Of a DNA stretch of 64,000 nucleotides, positions 63,076 through 64,000 are shown in pieces. The DNA comes from Euprymna scolopes. Its lineage: Eukaryota. The notes below the pieces were generated by a model. The model saw only the letters and a program-made list of their open reading frames with translations, had not been told where the DNA came from and ran no database searches. The DNA lies in the NCBI GenBank assembly GCA_053919585.1, contig CM132795.1, one strand, 5' to 3'. The position numbers and the translations under genes are program-made. The stretch's first letter is position 1. Every line of letters starts with the position of its first letter.

Positions 63076-64000
63076 ACATATATCGTTTCGTTTCACAAAT
63101 TAAATTATATTGGCAATAAAGTTATGAACAATAGTTAGTATCTAAAGAACAGGAAAATATCCTTATGCAATATGAACATTTCTTTCTAATTCACATTGTG
63201 ACAATATCGTTTTCATAGTCGTAGGAAACATTTATTTATTCATGTAATTTTTCTAGCAAAATAACGTTTTTTCTTTTCTTTGCATGGTTTTAATTACCAC
63301 ACCATTATTATAATCAAACAATGTCTATTTTATGGCTCTATTTTTTATATAGCCAATAATAATTCAACTCCTGAACGCACGGATTTTCTTTATTTCGCTT
63401 ACTACATAAGGGGGAGTTTAGATGATAACTTTTTTAAAAAGCAGAGCCCATTTAATTTGCATGCCGAAATCTAAGTAAAAGAATTTAAAAACTGTTTTCG
63501 AAAGGATGAATGCATTGATTATAACGAGGAATATAAACTGGGACATTTACAAGAAAAACAGTATTGCATTTTTATAACAATGTTTAATGTTTGAATTTAC
63601 ATATTTTGTCAATTTGCAAGAATAATACGTTTAGCAATTTCTTGTTCATATTTGATATCTTAGTGTTGGCTAAAACAAAGCATTATCCATTCCGATCATT
63701 TATACACCCCTCACTCTTGTATCAAATGCATTAAAGTGGGGAAATACGACTCGATCGCACAAAGACAGACAGACAGACACAAACACACACACAGACATAT
63801 ATATATATATATATATATAATTTATTTATTTTGTTTTCCATTACTTTCTACAAAACTGGAGCAATATCCGTTGCATTGAATATTTTTATCTTGGATATTT
63901 TCCGCGGCTTAAACACACATTTACCAATCTACAAATATTTCAGATTATTTTCCATGTTCCTCTGTAATCGTTAACTTATATACGCCCAAGTAAATACACT

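Noticed and set aside
1-64000. Prokaryotic systems (CRISPR arrays, operons, retrons)
   Set aside because: The sequence is eukaryotic and repeat-rich, has no regularly spaced repeat-spacer array, and all RT motifs belong to LINE, Gypsy or Penelope elements.

Overview
AT-rich, microsatellite-rich eukaryotic (probably invertebrate) draft-assembly DNA with five N-gaps. I found no convincing host protein-coding gene. The recognisable content is a transposable-element graveyard: two full-length but dead copies of one mariner family (2375-3660, 21718-23000), a Tc1 remnant, a maT/DD37D-like remnant, a Tc1/mariner MITE, non-autonomous Helitrons and a Penelope-like retroelement (RT + GIY-YIG, minus strand, ~11.4-13.1 kb). 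It also holds two decayed Gypsy LTR retrotransposons (44.5-50.3 kb minus; 53.6-61.1 kb plus) and three CR1/Zenon-type LINEs. One of the LINEs is near full length and is nested, with a 5-bp TSD, inside the RT gene of the second Gypsy. The most interesting signal is non-coding: several short fold-back elements whose long inverted arms carry minimal type-I hammerhead ribozyme motifs. The best copy is 7618-8070, flanked by a perfect 12-bp TSD, and its central spacer is flipped in a second copy at 42.8-43.1 kb. These look like non-autonomous, bidirectionally mobilised, Penelope-dependent ribozyme elements. Other items worth checking are a strongly structured RNA domain in the 5' UTR of the ORF1-less LINE, a tRNA-like sequence inside an inverted-repeat element, and palindromes centred on (TA)n tracts. 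All alignments and folds were done by eye; no database search was run.
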